Of a stretch of DNA of 64,000 nucleotides, positions 12,201-22,415 are shown piece by piece. Origin of the DNA: Amphiscolops sp. MND2022 (lineage: Eukaryota); the NCBI GenBank assembly GCA_964187785.1, contig OZ076416.1, positions 42,470,001-42,534,000 on the forward strand, given 5' to 3'. Made by a program: the position numbers and the translations under genes. How positions within the stretch are numbered: the stretch's first letter is position 1; each line of letters starts with the position of its first letter. The notes under the pieces were generated by a model, which saw nothing but the letters and a program-made list of their open reading frames with translations, did no database searches and was not told the origin of the DNA.

Positions 12201-13308
12201 TAATCGCCCCCATACTTCACACCCTGGCCAATCTTCGGTGCAGTTATGGGGTTGCGATACCCGACGCAGGTCCTGCGAGTAGCCGCAAATCAGTATCATC
12301 AAAGACAAGAAACAAGTGGAACACAACTTCGCATCGATTATTCGAGCACGTGCACGATGCGCCCTCCCAATGCCCATGGAGTTCCACCCAATCACATGGC
12401 TACACATTCCCCTAGATCCAGAGACAGGCGCGGCGGACTCTTTCGCAAACTGGAATACAGAAGTAGTCCCGAGAGTTCTAGCCACAATAGTCCAGAGACT
12501 GGGCGGCAGAAAACGAGGTGAAGAACCCACCGGGTTGCGATACCCCTATGTTTGCGACACATCAAGAATGTACTGCGATAGAACCAGCCCTCGTTCATGC
12601 CCAGCTCGCATTCTGAACGCAACGACGTGCTGGTCAAAACCAGAATTGGTAGACTTGGCTGTCCACCAAATGTCCCTGCGCATGAAAGCCAAAATAACTC
12701 TGGTGGGCAAGGAACCGAACAAAAAGACCTTATCAATCAGCACAGAGGTCCCTAGCAATTCGCGCGCTGCGCTGGAAATATGCCTAAATCTGCACAGCAG
12801 ACCAAAACAGCAAGGACAGTCGGTTGGCGAAGATTATGCACGTGGAATCCAAATCTTCAAGAGTCTATTTTTGCAATATGGTCATCCAGAATAAGCCAAA
12901 AGTCTATCCGACTTCCCACAGGGAAGTACTACTGACCAAGACGCTACAACAATTGCGACTGCCCCTGGCAGTTCACAACAGTTATCAACAGGCATGCTAT
13001 CCTCGAACAGAACCGAAACACGAATGGAAGAAGATCAAGAAGGCTCACCCATTATTGTCGATCCTAACGACGAGCCAATGACGGACGACAACTTCATCCT
13101 ATCGGATGGAGCAACTTCTGCCCAAGACGAATCCGAAGCGGGAAAATCGCAAATGGATGCAGCCAACATTGAATCCGAGCTAAATAATCTACTAACTATA
13201 GACGACTCTGTTCAATATCCTCCCTTGGTGGCGGATCCTTCTGCAAACCCAGAAACAGCAGTCACGTCAACCATCCCTGAGCCACAGTTGAATCAAAATA
13301 AGGAATGA
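9258..13308 (+). pseudogene. Large accessory ORF of the Gypsy element (~1350 codons if frameshifts are repaired), unknown function, with an SGNH-like region at ~10670-11230
   Basis: Abutting or overlapping same-strand ORFs 9135-9893 (ATG at 9258), 9884-11179, 11031-11933, 11899-12099, 12083-12415, 12316-12894 and 12994-13308 tile the interval almost without gaps. Confidence 0.6.
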
Positions 13309-13871
13309 AGAAGCTACCTACGCTAACCAAGTAGAAACTAGACTGAGAAACATTCCAGTTACTTTCAAAAACATGAAAACCTTGTTTTGTTTAAATGGCC
13401 TCTTGTCATTTACGTTCAGTTGGTGCCATATACATTGCATCCTCAAGCGATATTCACTATATACATTATATTTTGAAAGTACTCGTTTAAATTTTTGTTG
13501 ATCCGCAATGCGTTACTGAGCCCTGAAACAGTGTCCACCCCCTCCAACCTGACAATTCACTGTTGCTACCAAGATCCAAGTGTTGTTACTCATGCAGTGT
13601 AAGAGCACTTTTAAAAAAAATTTTAAACCCAGACTGCAAATAGAATTTTAAAATCAACTGTCATACTTGTAATACTATTCAATACTCTTAGACTTGTTAA
13701 AGCCTGTCAACGCTAGTGCGAAAGGAAATAATGAGAAAAAAGTTAAAAAAAAACGAAAGAAAAAGAAATGAAAACAATAGGGTCTTTTCTGAGTGTCTAG
13801 CCGATTCTCATCGCAGTTACCCTTTGGGTATGATTATCCTCTCGTTTGCCGAGGACGACAAACTACGGCCC

Positions 13872-13879
13872 GGGGAGGA
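13872..13879 (+). other. Polypurine tract of the Gypsy element
   Basis: GGGGAGGA immediately 5' of TGTAACG. Confidence 0.8.
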
Positions 13880-14584
13880 TGTAACGTCAGCCACCGGCAT
13901 GGCAAAATTTCGATGAAAATTTCGAAACGTGCGATATCAAAACAGCACATTCAAAATGGCCGACCTAGCAAGTACCAAGACGTGAACGAGAGAAAGCAGA
14001 GCAAGAAAGAAAGCACGTGAGAAAAGATCAAAAAAAGAAAGAAGAATGCGATGGAAAAGAAGGAGAATTCAGCAGGAGAAAAGATCAACCCAATCGGAAT
14101 GTTGTGCCATCTCTCCGAGAAGACACCCAAAAGTGAAGAATGATGCCAGAGGCCGAGTTGATGAAGAACCCAAAACTGCAATGTAGTTGGGGCTTATCCC
14201 CGTATTTTGTTGTCATTTATCAAGTATTTGGCTGATGTTAGACCTACTAGGTCTCAATTTTAGATCTTATTCATCAAATACAATGTATTTTAGCTAGACA
14301 ACTTTTTGGACCTCAGAGGTATGTAGGAAGTCGTAGGAACGTGCTAGAAACCTTAGGACACGTTTTTACAGGCTTGTGGGGCGTGTCCGGACTTTGAGAG
14401 TGCCGGCACGTCGCTTCGGAGCTCTAACTAGAGAAGCCTCCTCAGACGATAGAAAAGTCCCTTTAGGAGACCATTTTGGGATTAAAAACTAGTGTCTAGG
14501 TATGTAGTAAGACAACCGTCTCCTGTTTAAACATCCTAGGTATTGTCTCTCTTCCTAAATGTGCATCGCTAGCCAGTCGTTACA
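13880..14584 (+). repeat. 3' LTR of the large Gypsy element (705 bp)
   Basis: Starts TGTAACG after the PPT and ends CGTTACA (7-bp terminal inverted repeat). The partner LTR is outside the window. Confidence 0.83.
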
Positions 14585-15180
14585 CTTTTAAAAGGAGACC
14601 CAAAAAACAGAACGCACAAAATAACTACTTTTCCTATTCAAAACATGGGTCCTTCTGTTAATTCCCCCACAGTAAGCGCGGAAGTTTTAATTCACTACAA
14701 GTGGTGTATCAGCGATGAGTTTCAGTTGCAGTTAAGAGTTTTAAAATACTGCAATTTGATTTGTTGTTACTATTAATTCAATCAATGATAATTTCACTCG
14801 ACCACTTAACTGGGTGTCGTAACCTTCATCACTCTCATACGAGTTTACTGAACTCTCTGTAAGGTGATTATTATTTTGCGACCCCACATTTTAAAAATGG
14901 GGGAGGAAAATAATGATCTGTGACGCGTTATTTTTTTCCAAATTTTGCCAAATCTCCACCGTTTGATTACTTGACTGATTTATATAGCTTCCAGTAACTA
15001 AAATAGTCAAGTAACTAAAATAGCATATAGCGGGAATAATATCTAACGTCAAAAAAGGGATAAGATCTAAAGAGAATAGGATACAAATTCAGGGCGAGAA
15101 TAAGATCTGAAAGGAATAAGATCTAAAATCACTAAATTTTAGATATTCTTCTTTGGATCCTATTCCCCCTTCCAAAGTAG

Positions 15181-15776
15181 TTATGGCTCAGTTGGTGAAG
15201 GCGAAAAGGGCGGAAAGTATTCCTTATGCTTAGCGGGCGTCTTGTTATAGATAGTTTTTGTAGAACTCGTGTTGGGAACGTCTGTTTGTGTTTTGCGGCT
15301 CATTCCGCCATTTTCACGTTGATGCGGTCCATACGACCGAAGGTCCAATTTTGCATTAGATTTTGCGCTATGCGTGTTTACAGCATTTTGGATGGTTGAC
15401 AAAACCTGTTCTTCAATCGCTGAGTTAATAGCTTCAAGTACATGTGCATTCAGGTCTATTCTAACCTCCTCAAGTTTCCAAGACATTTGAGAAGAAATTT
15501 CTGAATTAATATCTCTACTAGTCTCCGCAGTAGTACTTTCACTATTTACACTTGTATTAGTGTTCAAAAGTGATCTGAAGTTTTCTCCTGTTTGGCTAGT
15601 TTCTCTCTGCAGTCTGTCTGACTCAAGGTCTGTATCTATCTCTATGCCATTTCTTGCCTTTCAAAATCATCCTCAGGGAAATTTCCCAACATGACATCCA
15701 TGTTTTCTATATCCGACATAACGTCTGATTGCCCAGAGCGCTTTTCTTTGGCCTTTTGCTTGCTAGTCGAAGGCAT
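15181..15776 (-). mobile_element. Fragment resembling an LTR-retroelement gag N-terminus, decayed
   Basis: Minus strand reads MPSTSKQKAKEKRSGQSDVMSDIENMDVMLGNF..., then after a stop EISSQMSWKLEEVRIDLNAHVLEAINSAIEEQVL. The flank at 15060-15130 carries TTTAGATCTTAT motifs also seen in the LTRs of this window. The family assignment rests on resemblance only. Confidence 0.4.
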
Positions 15777-16827
15777 GACAAAGAAGCATTCTTGTCGTAA
15801 GAATGAATTTCAACCCAGAAATGATTGATACCAAATTGGATTACTAGAATCCAGATATCAGGAAGCGAATGAAAGTAAGAGATGTTATTGAGTGAGGGTA
15901 GTACAACTGATTTGAAGCGGTTTGAACGGTTTGAATTGTGATTTCGCAGTCAAAATTCTGATACTCGAGGTGTCGGTGCCCCAGTATTTATACTTTTAGC
16001 GCCATGACACTCGAATCATGATTACTAAAAGAGTATATGATGTCACATTCTAAAAACAGCAGCAGCATACTAGTTTGATCGGAATATCTATAAACAGCCC
16101 ATAAAACGACTGTGACGTCATGTCAACTTGCGCAATAGATCGTAAATAAGATATTAAAGAAGTTAATATAGTTATATACATGTCAACAGCAACAATTCAT
16201 GCATTGTCAACACTAGCTAAGATAATTGAGTGAATTGACCATGTGTCAGGCTGACTGCATCAGCTAACTTAGCTGAGCAATCTGATTGGGTGAAATCAAT
16301 TTGACTGCATCATCGCACTAGTTGAACGAACGCGGTTCCCTTGCTTTTTTACGGTACACAGCAACTTTTGAGCAATTTTATCAGTTTGCAAATTACTGTC
16401 AGCGTGAATTTACAAAGCATTACTCAATACATTCAAGTACAAGAACTGTTTGCAATTATTTGAATAAAACACAGCTAAACTATTTAATATTACTGTTACA
16501 TGTACATTTGGTGTAGTCAGGTTGACTTAAGGTCAAATTAGTAATGAATGTAGCATCTTGGTTAGATAGGATTAATGGGATATTAGTGTATGTGACATCG
16601 TAACAATTAATGTAAAGCAGTAGTTTCGTGTTTCTTTAAATTGGCAAAATTCCTAGTCCGGGTTGTCGTGTCTATTTTTTGGTGAAATTTGATTAAACAC
16701 GCCATCTCAGGCGCCAGTCTGCGATACTGGGGTAATTAAAATTGGTGGGTGTGATTAACCGAAGAGATCCCAAAACATTTGTAAACAAGACACTGAAACT
16801 CTTTTATGCTCTCTGCCAATCATCCTC

Positions 16828-17290
16828 TCATCCCGTAATGAAATCTTCAACAGAGAATGATCCGGACTTTCTGAAAGTCTTAGGTTTTATGTCTTTACCA
16901 GTATTCTCTACAACACTTTCTTCGATGTGTGAAAGTTTCTTGGCTGCGATAAAAAGTTATCAAATTGAATGAACGACAAACTGAATTGGAATGTTCAATG
17001 AGTTGTTTTGAAAAATATTTGAACCTTTGTACCTTTGTTCACCCAGTAAAATCCAAATTTACTAAACAAGCGTTGGAAACAAAAGTGATGAAATCATGTG
17101 GTACAATTTTGGTTGTATAATTACGATTGAACAACTTCAGAAAACCTGTTCGAGTCCCATGCTCGCCAATATCATATCATAATGTGCTATATCACTCACC
17201 CGGGTTTATCAAAAGTACCCAAGACGAGCTCCAGGAAACTGGGTTTGCCGGAATGCGAAAAGTCATTTGAAAGCTCGCAAATCGGCGTCA
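16828..17290 (-). CDS. Putative terminal exons of an unidentified minus-strand gene (...LELVLGTFDKPG/KFGFYWVNK/AKKLSHIEE...FITG*)
   Basis: Three segments with GT-AG boundaries join in phase; the last has acceptor TTTATCGCAG at 16944 and a stop at 16828-16830. No recognisable domain; may or may not belong to the GPCR-like gene. Confidence 0.3.
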
Positions 17291-17569
17291 AATTTTCACT
17301 TCCCCATTTTTTTGATTTCAGTAAAAAAATCATTTTCTGAAACTAGTCTACGGTAAACTCAGTCTACTAGTTTTCGGTAAACTAGTCTATTTTCTTTTGA
17401 AACTCAAACTTAAGCTACGAAAAATTTCTTGTCAATGGTCACTGAAGATGATGCATGCTCATGCTCTGCAGTAAACGACTGAAATTGGTATTTTTTCTAA
17501 CGTAAGACATTATGAAAATCTGCACAGGACTGTTGTATTGAGTTGTTGATATTTTCTGTCACATGTTTG

Positions 17570-17740
17570 TCAGTTTCGATTCATTAGATCACATCACCAA
17601 ACTTTTCCTTCTGTGAAAAACCTTCCCGCACTTGCTCTATGGGCAAGAAAGCAACAGCGCAAACCCTTTTCAGAAACAATGCAAGCTCTGTGTTGTTTTT
17701 GTTTTGGTGGGTTGTGACAGATGGGTAAACTTAAGAAAAC
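17570..17740 (-). mobile_element. Possible MULE-type transposase remnant
   Basis: Minus strand reads ELALFLKRVCAVAFLPIEQVREGF, resembling the ALAFLPxxxVxxxF motif of MULE transposases; short and isolated. Confidence 0.28.
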
Positions 17741-18082
17741 GAAATGTATTAAAAACACAACGAAGAGTTATAAAAAGTAGCAGAAGTTCATCTCATTGGC
17801 ATTCCGTCAGCGTGCGTTAAGGTGTCTCATTTTTATTGTTTATATGCTGTATGGCTCTACAGCTGTAGTCGGATTAACTCTTTCAACTTTTATCTGTGAA
17901 TCATTGCATAGAAACACGACGTTTGAAAATTTTAATTACTTGTTTGATATCTCGAAACTTCCGAATGGTCTTGTGTTCTAGGAAGATCTATACTCAAAAG
18001 ATATATTAAGTCAGAAAGGAATCGACTAAAATAAAATGGTTAAGGAAGGACTCGTTTGATCACAACGTGATTCACCACTTAC

Positions 18083-18213
18083 AGTTGGTTTTGGCTTATT
18101 GGCGATTGCTCTCAGACGGTGTACCCCTGCCAACAGGAAGACCACAAGAAGGGCATTGGGGTACGCGAGAAGGATCACAAAGATTTTACCATCTTCTGCT
18201 TTCGCATTCCGAT
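18083..18213 (-). CDS. Class A GPCR-like gene, exon encoding TM3/ICL2 (IFVILLAYPNALLVVFLLAGVHRLRAIANKP)
   Basis: Acceptor TTCCTGCAG and donor GTAAGT; hydrophobic helix ending HRL-x-AI-xx-xP, at the position of the DRY-x-AI-xx-P motif. Confidence 0.55.
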
Positions 18214-18396
18214 CTGCAGGAAAGACACAAAGTACTTCAGATGTGTGCTGTCCATTAAAAATTAGAGTAGATTAATTCAACTGTAACGAATTTTTTCCGG
18301 AAAAATTACCGATGAACATGAAACTGAAAGCTCCCATTCCGTTTCCAGGATTATTTCAAGAGCGAGTCTAGTTGAAGTTGATATCAGAACAATTAC

Positions 18397-18483
18397 TAGC
18401 CATGAAATGTGTAAATGATTGAAGGCACAGCCATGACCACTAGAGCTAGAATGTCAATCACGGCAGTCGTGATGATGAAGTAC
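18397..18483 (-). CDS. Class A GPCR-like gene, exon encoding TM2 (YFIITTAVIDILALVVMAVP)
   Basis: Acceptor TTTTTAG; phase-compatible with exon 33250-33434 (AG|G = Arg); matches the YFLxxLAxxD TM2 pattern. Confidence 0.62.
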
Positions 18484-18977
18484 CTAAAAATAGTTACCTA
18501 CTGCATTAATCGATGTAATTAATCGATGTAAAACGATGATACTCAAGAATTGTTGAAATGCAAAAATTGAATTCAAAACTTTCTATTTTTAGTTTCAAAC
18601 CGTGCTCAACAGTTACTTTGAATCACACTGCAGATCATATATTGGCCAGATTATGATCAAACTGAAATCATAAATTTTTGTTCCAGACGCGGGTTGTCGT
18701 GACATGCAACTTAAACAAAATTTTCAAATTTTGAGAACCGCCAGCTTTATAGGCTGAAAGCAATAGAGCCACATTCGACCTTTAGTATCTGCAAACGATA
18801 CATTGCAGGTCAGGTTAAAGAAAAACTATATTCACTCAATTTGTTATAGCAACTCTTTTGTTATAGCAGTACCCACTTTGCAGTGTAATTTTTTATTCTT
18901 TCCGAAAAAATTACCAATAATTCAGAAAAAACTGCCAAAAATTGATGATTGCTACCTTGTTTTCAATTTGGTGATTG

Positions 18978-20748
18978 TGTAACGGCAAGCTCTGGTACAG
19001 CAATATCAACCGATTTTGCAACTTTGACATGTTCAGAAATTTTGTCAAAAATTCTAATCCGATGTGTGACGTGGCACTGAGCATGTGATTGCTCTTTTCG
19101 CTGTTTCGATTGCTCTTTTCACCTCGCATTAGGCTCAAATGACCCACAGAAGCTCCAAAACGGAATTAACAAACTATCACTGTATTGTGATCACAATGAT
19201 ATTTCTGTGAATATTGAAAAGACCGTGGTACAGGTGTTCCAAAATGCTGGTCGCAACAGACAGATAGACTTCTTTTACAGAAATATCACCCTAAGTTATA
19301 CGAAATGCTTCATCTACCTAGGTCTTGCTCTTTCAACCAGACTCAGCCCGCATCCCCATATAGAGCGAAACATCAAAAACGTCAGGAAGAATATTGGGGC
19401 TTTGAACAAGACAACACCGATAAGAAAATTTGACTTCGATTCAGCCTCTCGTCTGCTCAAATCCGTTTTTATCCCCACTGGATTTTATGGACTCGACTGC
19501 TTTAACCCTAACTGGACTATTCGCGAACTATCCGACCAGTCCTATAAAATTCGCGGTACTTTCTACAAATACTGGGCAAGCCTCCCTATTTATACGAGTA
19601 ACCATCATCTGACGGACCTAATTGAGAATTCTGACCCACTGAGTATTAAAACTGCCCCAATCGGTACAAGAAAATTAATCGGCTTATTATACTCAGACGC
19701 TCTTCACAAGAAATTATGCTGTACCACCAAATGTTTTCGTCAACCAAAACCCACAGAAAGAGTGCCAAACCCCCCTACCTGCATCTGCAAACTATGTGGT
19801 GACAACTTATCACTGTTACACCCCACCACATGTACAGCTTTTCCCCCGAATACCCCCCCCCCCCCAATGGAAAGAATTAAAACACTCTGGTTCAACTCGT
19901 ACAGTTTAATCCCGATGATATAGTTATATGTACTCCTTTTGTCTCCCTTGATGTGATTATAGTTATGTCCTCTGGGTCTTGATGCTTTTATTTTATTTTA
20001 TTTAGTTCATTTTTATCTCATTACATAAATTACTCACTGTTTTTTAATCTGTCATTATGACGTAATTTACTGTTTCTCTCTCTCTCTCTCTCTTTTCGCT
20101 GTTTCCACGAAATTGGCAGGTACTTCGACAACAAAGAGCAAGAACGAGCAAAAACACGGGCGCGCCGCCATGAAAGAAGCCAGAGACGGCAAGAACATCC
20201 GAAAATAGACTCTTTTTGAGGTGCTAACACCGGTTTTATCGACTTTCAGCATTATACTACCCTATGTAGTGGAAACCGTAAAAATGAGTCTTTTCGCCTA
20301 AAGATCCTTGTTTGGTGCTTGGAGCCCCTGCGCCCCAGCTTTTTAGCTGTGTGGTTTGCCCTATTCGTGCCTGTTTTCATGTATTTTCAGTGATTTTGGC
20401 TGTATTCAGTAGCGCTAGCGCTAGTTTAGGTCTTATTCCCCAATTTTAGATCTTATTAACATGTCACCCTGGAACTGGAAATTTACCTTATTCTTGGCAT
20501 TGTTTTTATATGCTAGTTAAACGGTGGTCTTTAGAGAGTCAGAAAGATGCCCGTTACTATTAGCAATCAAAGACTAGGACCGGTTGGACAGTATTCGTCG
20601 AAGCACCCGCGGCCCCTGGACGTATTTCACCCCTGGAGGCAAAATGGATCTGTGGCGATGGGCGCCTGTCCCGAGCGAATCACCCATTCCTGCAGGTTCC
20701 TCCACCTCTGTTAACGTGTTAAGCGACCGATAACTGCTTGCCGTTACA
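18978..20748 (+). repeat. 5' LTR of the non-autonomous element, interrupted by a LINE fragment
   Basis: TGTAACGGCAAGC...GCTTGCCGTTACA (13-bp perfect terminal inverted repeat); 18978-19107 plus 20106-20748 is colinear with 27404-28176. Confidence 0.93.
19108..20089 (+). mobile_element. 5'-truncated non-LTR retrotransposon (RT C-terminus plus CxxC..H..C finger) with a (TC)n tail
   Basis: ORF 19207-19923 has NIEKT..F, FIYLG, IPTGFYG and CKLCGDNLSLLHPTTC; flanked by a 16-bp TSD CTCTTTTCGCTGTTTC (19092-19107 and 20090-20105). Confidence 0.85.
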
Positions 20749-20763
20749 TGAGACCTCATTTTT

Positions 20764-20780
20764 TGGCGACCACAGAGGGA
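20764..20780 (+). other. Primer-binding site, complementary to a tRNA-Arg(TCG)-type 3' end
   Basis: TGGCGACCACAGAGGGA; its reverse complement TCCCTCTGTGGTCGCCA resembles the ...TCCCTTCGTGGTCG-CCA end of animal tRNA-Arg(TCG). Confidence 0.7.
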
Positions 20781-21869
20781 TCGCTTCCGATTACTGCCCT
20801 ATTATATGGTTTTAAAATTTCCGACCCCCTGGTATTGGACGCCAAGAACGGTTGGACTCTGGAAGGAGACGTTTACCCAGAGTTTTTCCAAATTTTTTAG
20901 ATGATAGGACATTATATTTTGGTATTTTTCCTGTATTTCGGGGGATTTTCCCGAGTACCTTTGGTATATTTCGATAACAAGTACTTGTTGACAGATATCG
21001 TCTAAAATTGTAAGGTTCCCATCAGCGGGTCCTCTTTTTAGAAGCGTAGTGGACAGTAGCACGTCGCTACTGGTGTTTAACAGGTTTTTCTAGCTGTTTT
21101 CAGTGATTTGCGCTTATGTACGAGAGGTGAAGTTGATGGTTGAACCATATTCCATCCGACTGATAGATGAGCTGAAACGAGTGTTCCCGACTCTCCTTTC
21201 CCATTTCTCGTGGAGACGTGCTAGAGGGATGGTTTTTGGTGGAAAGGTAGAACAAGTGCTGACGTTGCCGACGGTCCAAACTGTTTCTCTCTAGCTGGTC
21301 TGGGTGTTGAGAAAAAAGACGACGAAAGTACCACCCCTCATTCCAGAAGTATCAGTTTTTCGGAGTATGGTATGAAAAAATTTTTAGATTGCGTATTTTT
21401 TGACGGGGAATCATTTGTGCATGCTAGTTTTACCCTGTTGCAACTAAGTGTGTGCTTTTGCACCTGTTTTCAGTGAAAAAAGTGCGATTTTTAGTGCAAA
21501 AGTCGCAAAAACGTGATTTTTGGCATTTTTGAGTACTTTTCTTGGTACGAGCGCGAGCGCTCGAAGTATCAGCCACAGCAGTTGCAAAAATGAATAGAAA
21601 GCAGCCCAAAACCTTGAGGGTTATGCTACATAATGTAACGACAACCAGAAAGGCCGTTGGAGTCCTTTTTGAGACACATTTTGCATGAAAAAACCCGGTT
21701 TTTGGCGAAATTGGCAAAAAACCACTACGAAATGCCACTGGGAGAGTGCTGGATTGTGATGTAATCGCCTCTTCCGTGCTGCTATTAGTTTGGGGCACAC
21801 TCCACAGTACCGAAAATAGGATTTAAGAGAGTTTGTAACGTTTTCTTGGTGAGAACAGGTCGAAAAACC

Positions 21870-22415
21870 TTGATTTTTGGCCAGTTTCAGGAGTGCCAGA
21901 GTGCATCATTAAAACCTCTGAGGCACTCAGTGTTTTCGAGACCTGGGAGCCCGCGCGCTCTCATTTTCTGTTTTTATAGTAAAAATAACGCATAGTGGTG
22001 AAAACCGCGTGCAAAAATTCCTTTTCAGTGTTGAGAAAAATTGAAAAACGCTGATTTTTAGTCAGTTTTAGGAGTGTCTGAGTATACAATTAAAACCTCT
22101 GGGGCACTCAGTGTTTTCGAGACCTGGGAGCCCGCGCGCTCTCATTTTCTGTTTTTATAGTAAAAATAACGCATAGTGGTGAAAACCGCGTGCAAAATTT
22201 CTTTTCAGTGTTGAGAAAAGTTGAAAAACGCTGATTTTTAGTCAGTTTTAGGAGTGTCTGAGTATACAATTAAAACCTCTGGGGCACTCAGTGTTTTCGA
22301 GACCTGGGAGCCTGCGCGCTCTCATTTTCTGTTTTATAGTAAAAATAACGCATTGTGGTGAAAACCGAGTGCAAAAATTCCTTTTCAGTGCTGAGAAAAG
22401 TGGAAAAACGCACTG
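21870..22415. repeat. Tandem repeat, ~180-bp unit, about 3 copies
   Basis: CCTCT..GCACTCAGTGTTTTCGAGACCTGGGAGCC recurs at 21915, 22096 and 22276. Confidence 0.95.

Larger units (their letters stand above)
1..14584 (+). mobile_element. Large Ty3/Gypsy LTR retrotransposon, decayed; 5' end lies outside the window
   Basis: Domain order PR (IIDTG) - RT (DAFPLPRIDE, MPFGLCN, YID) - RNase H (DAS, LEMYAV) - IN (HQG..TWPGI..CLTC; FDHL; SDN; ERQNRTL; WPGP) is Gypsy-type; ends in PPT GGGGAGGA followed by a TGTAACG...CGTTACA LTR. Confidence 0.95.

Noticed and set aside
9258-13308. env gene (errantivirus-like) after pol
   Set aside because: No signal peptide, furin cleavage motif, fusion peptide or C-terminal transmembrane anchor in any of the ORF pieces.
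17796-17981. Hydrophobic plus-strand ORF as the missing GPCR helices
   Set aside because: Wrong strand relative to the TM1-3 exons, and no supporting splice sites or motifs.
20764-20780. tRNA gene
   Set aside because: Only a 17-nt complement of a tRNA 3' end; no cloverleaf or A/B boxes.
21870-22415. CRISPR-like array
   Set aside because: Whole ~180-bp units repeat with no unique spacers; eukaryotic context and no cas genes. The same applies to 55945-56665.
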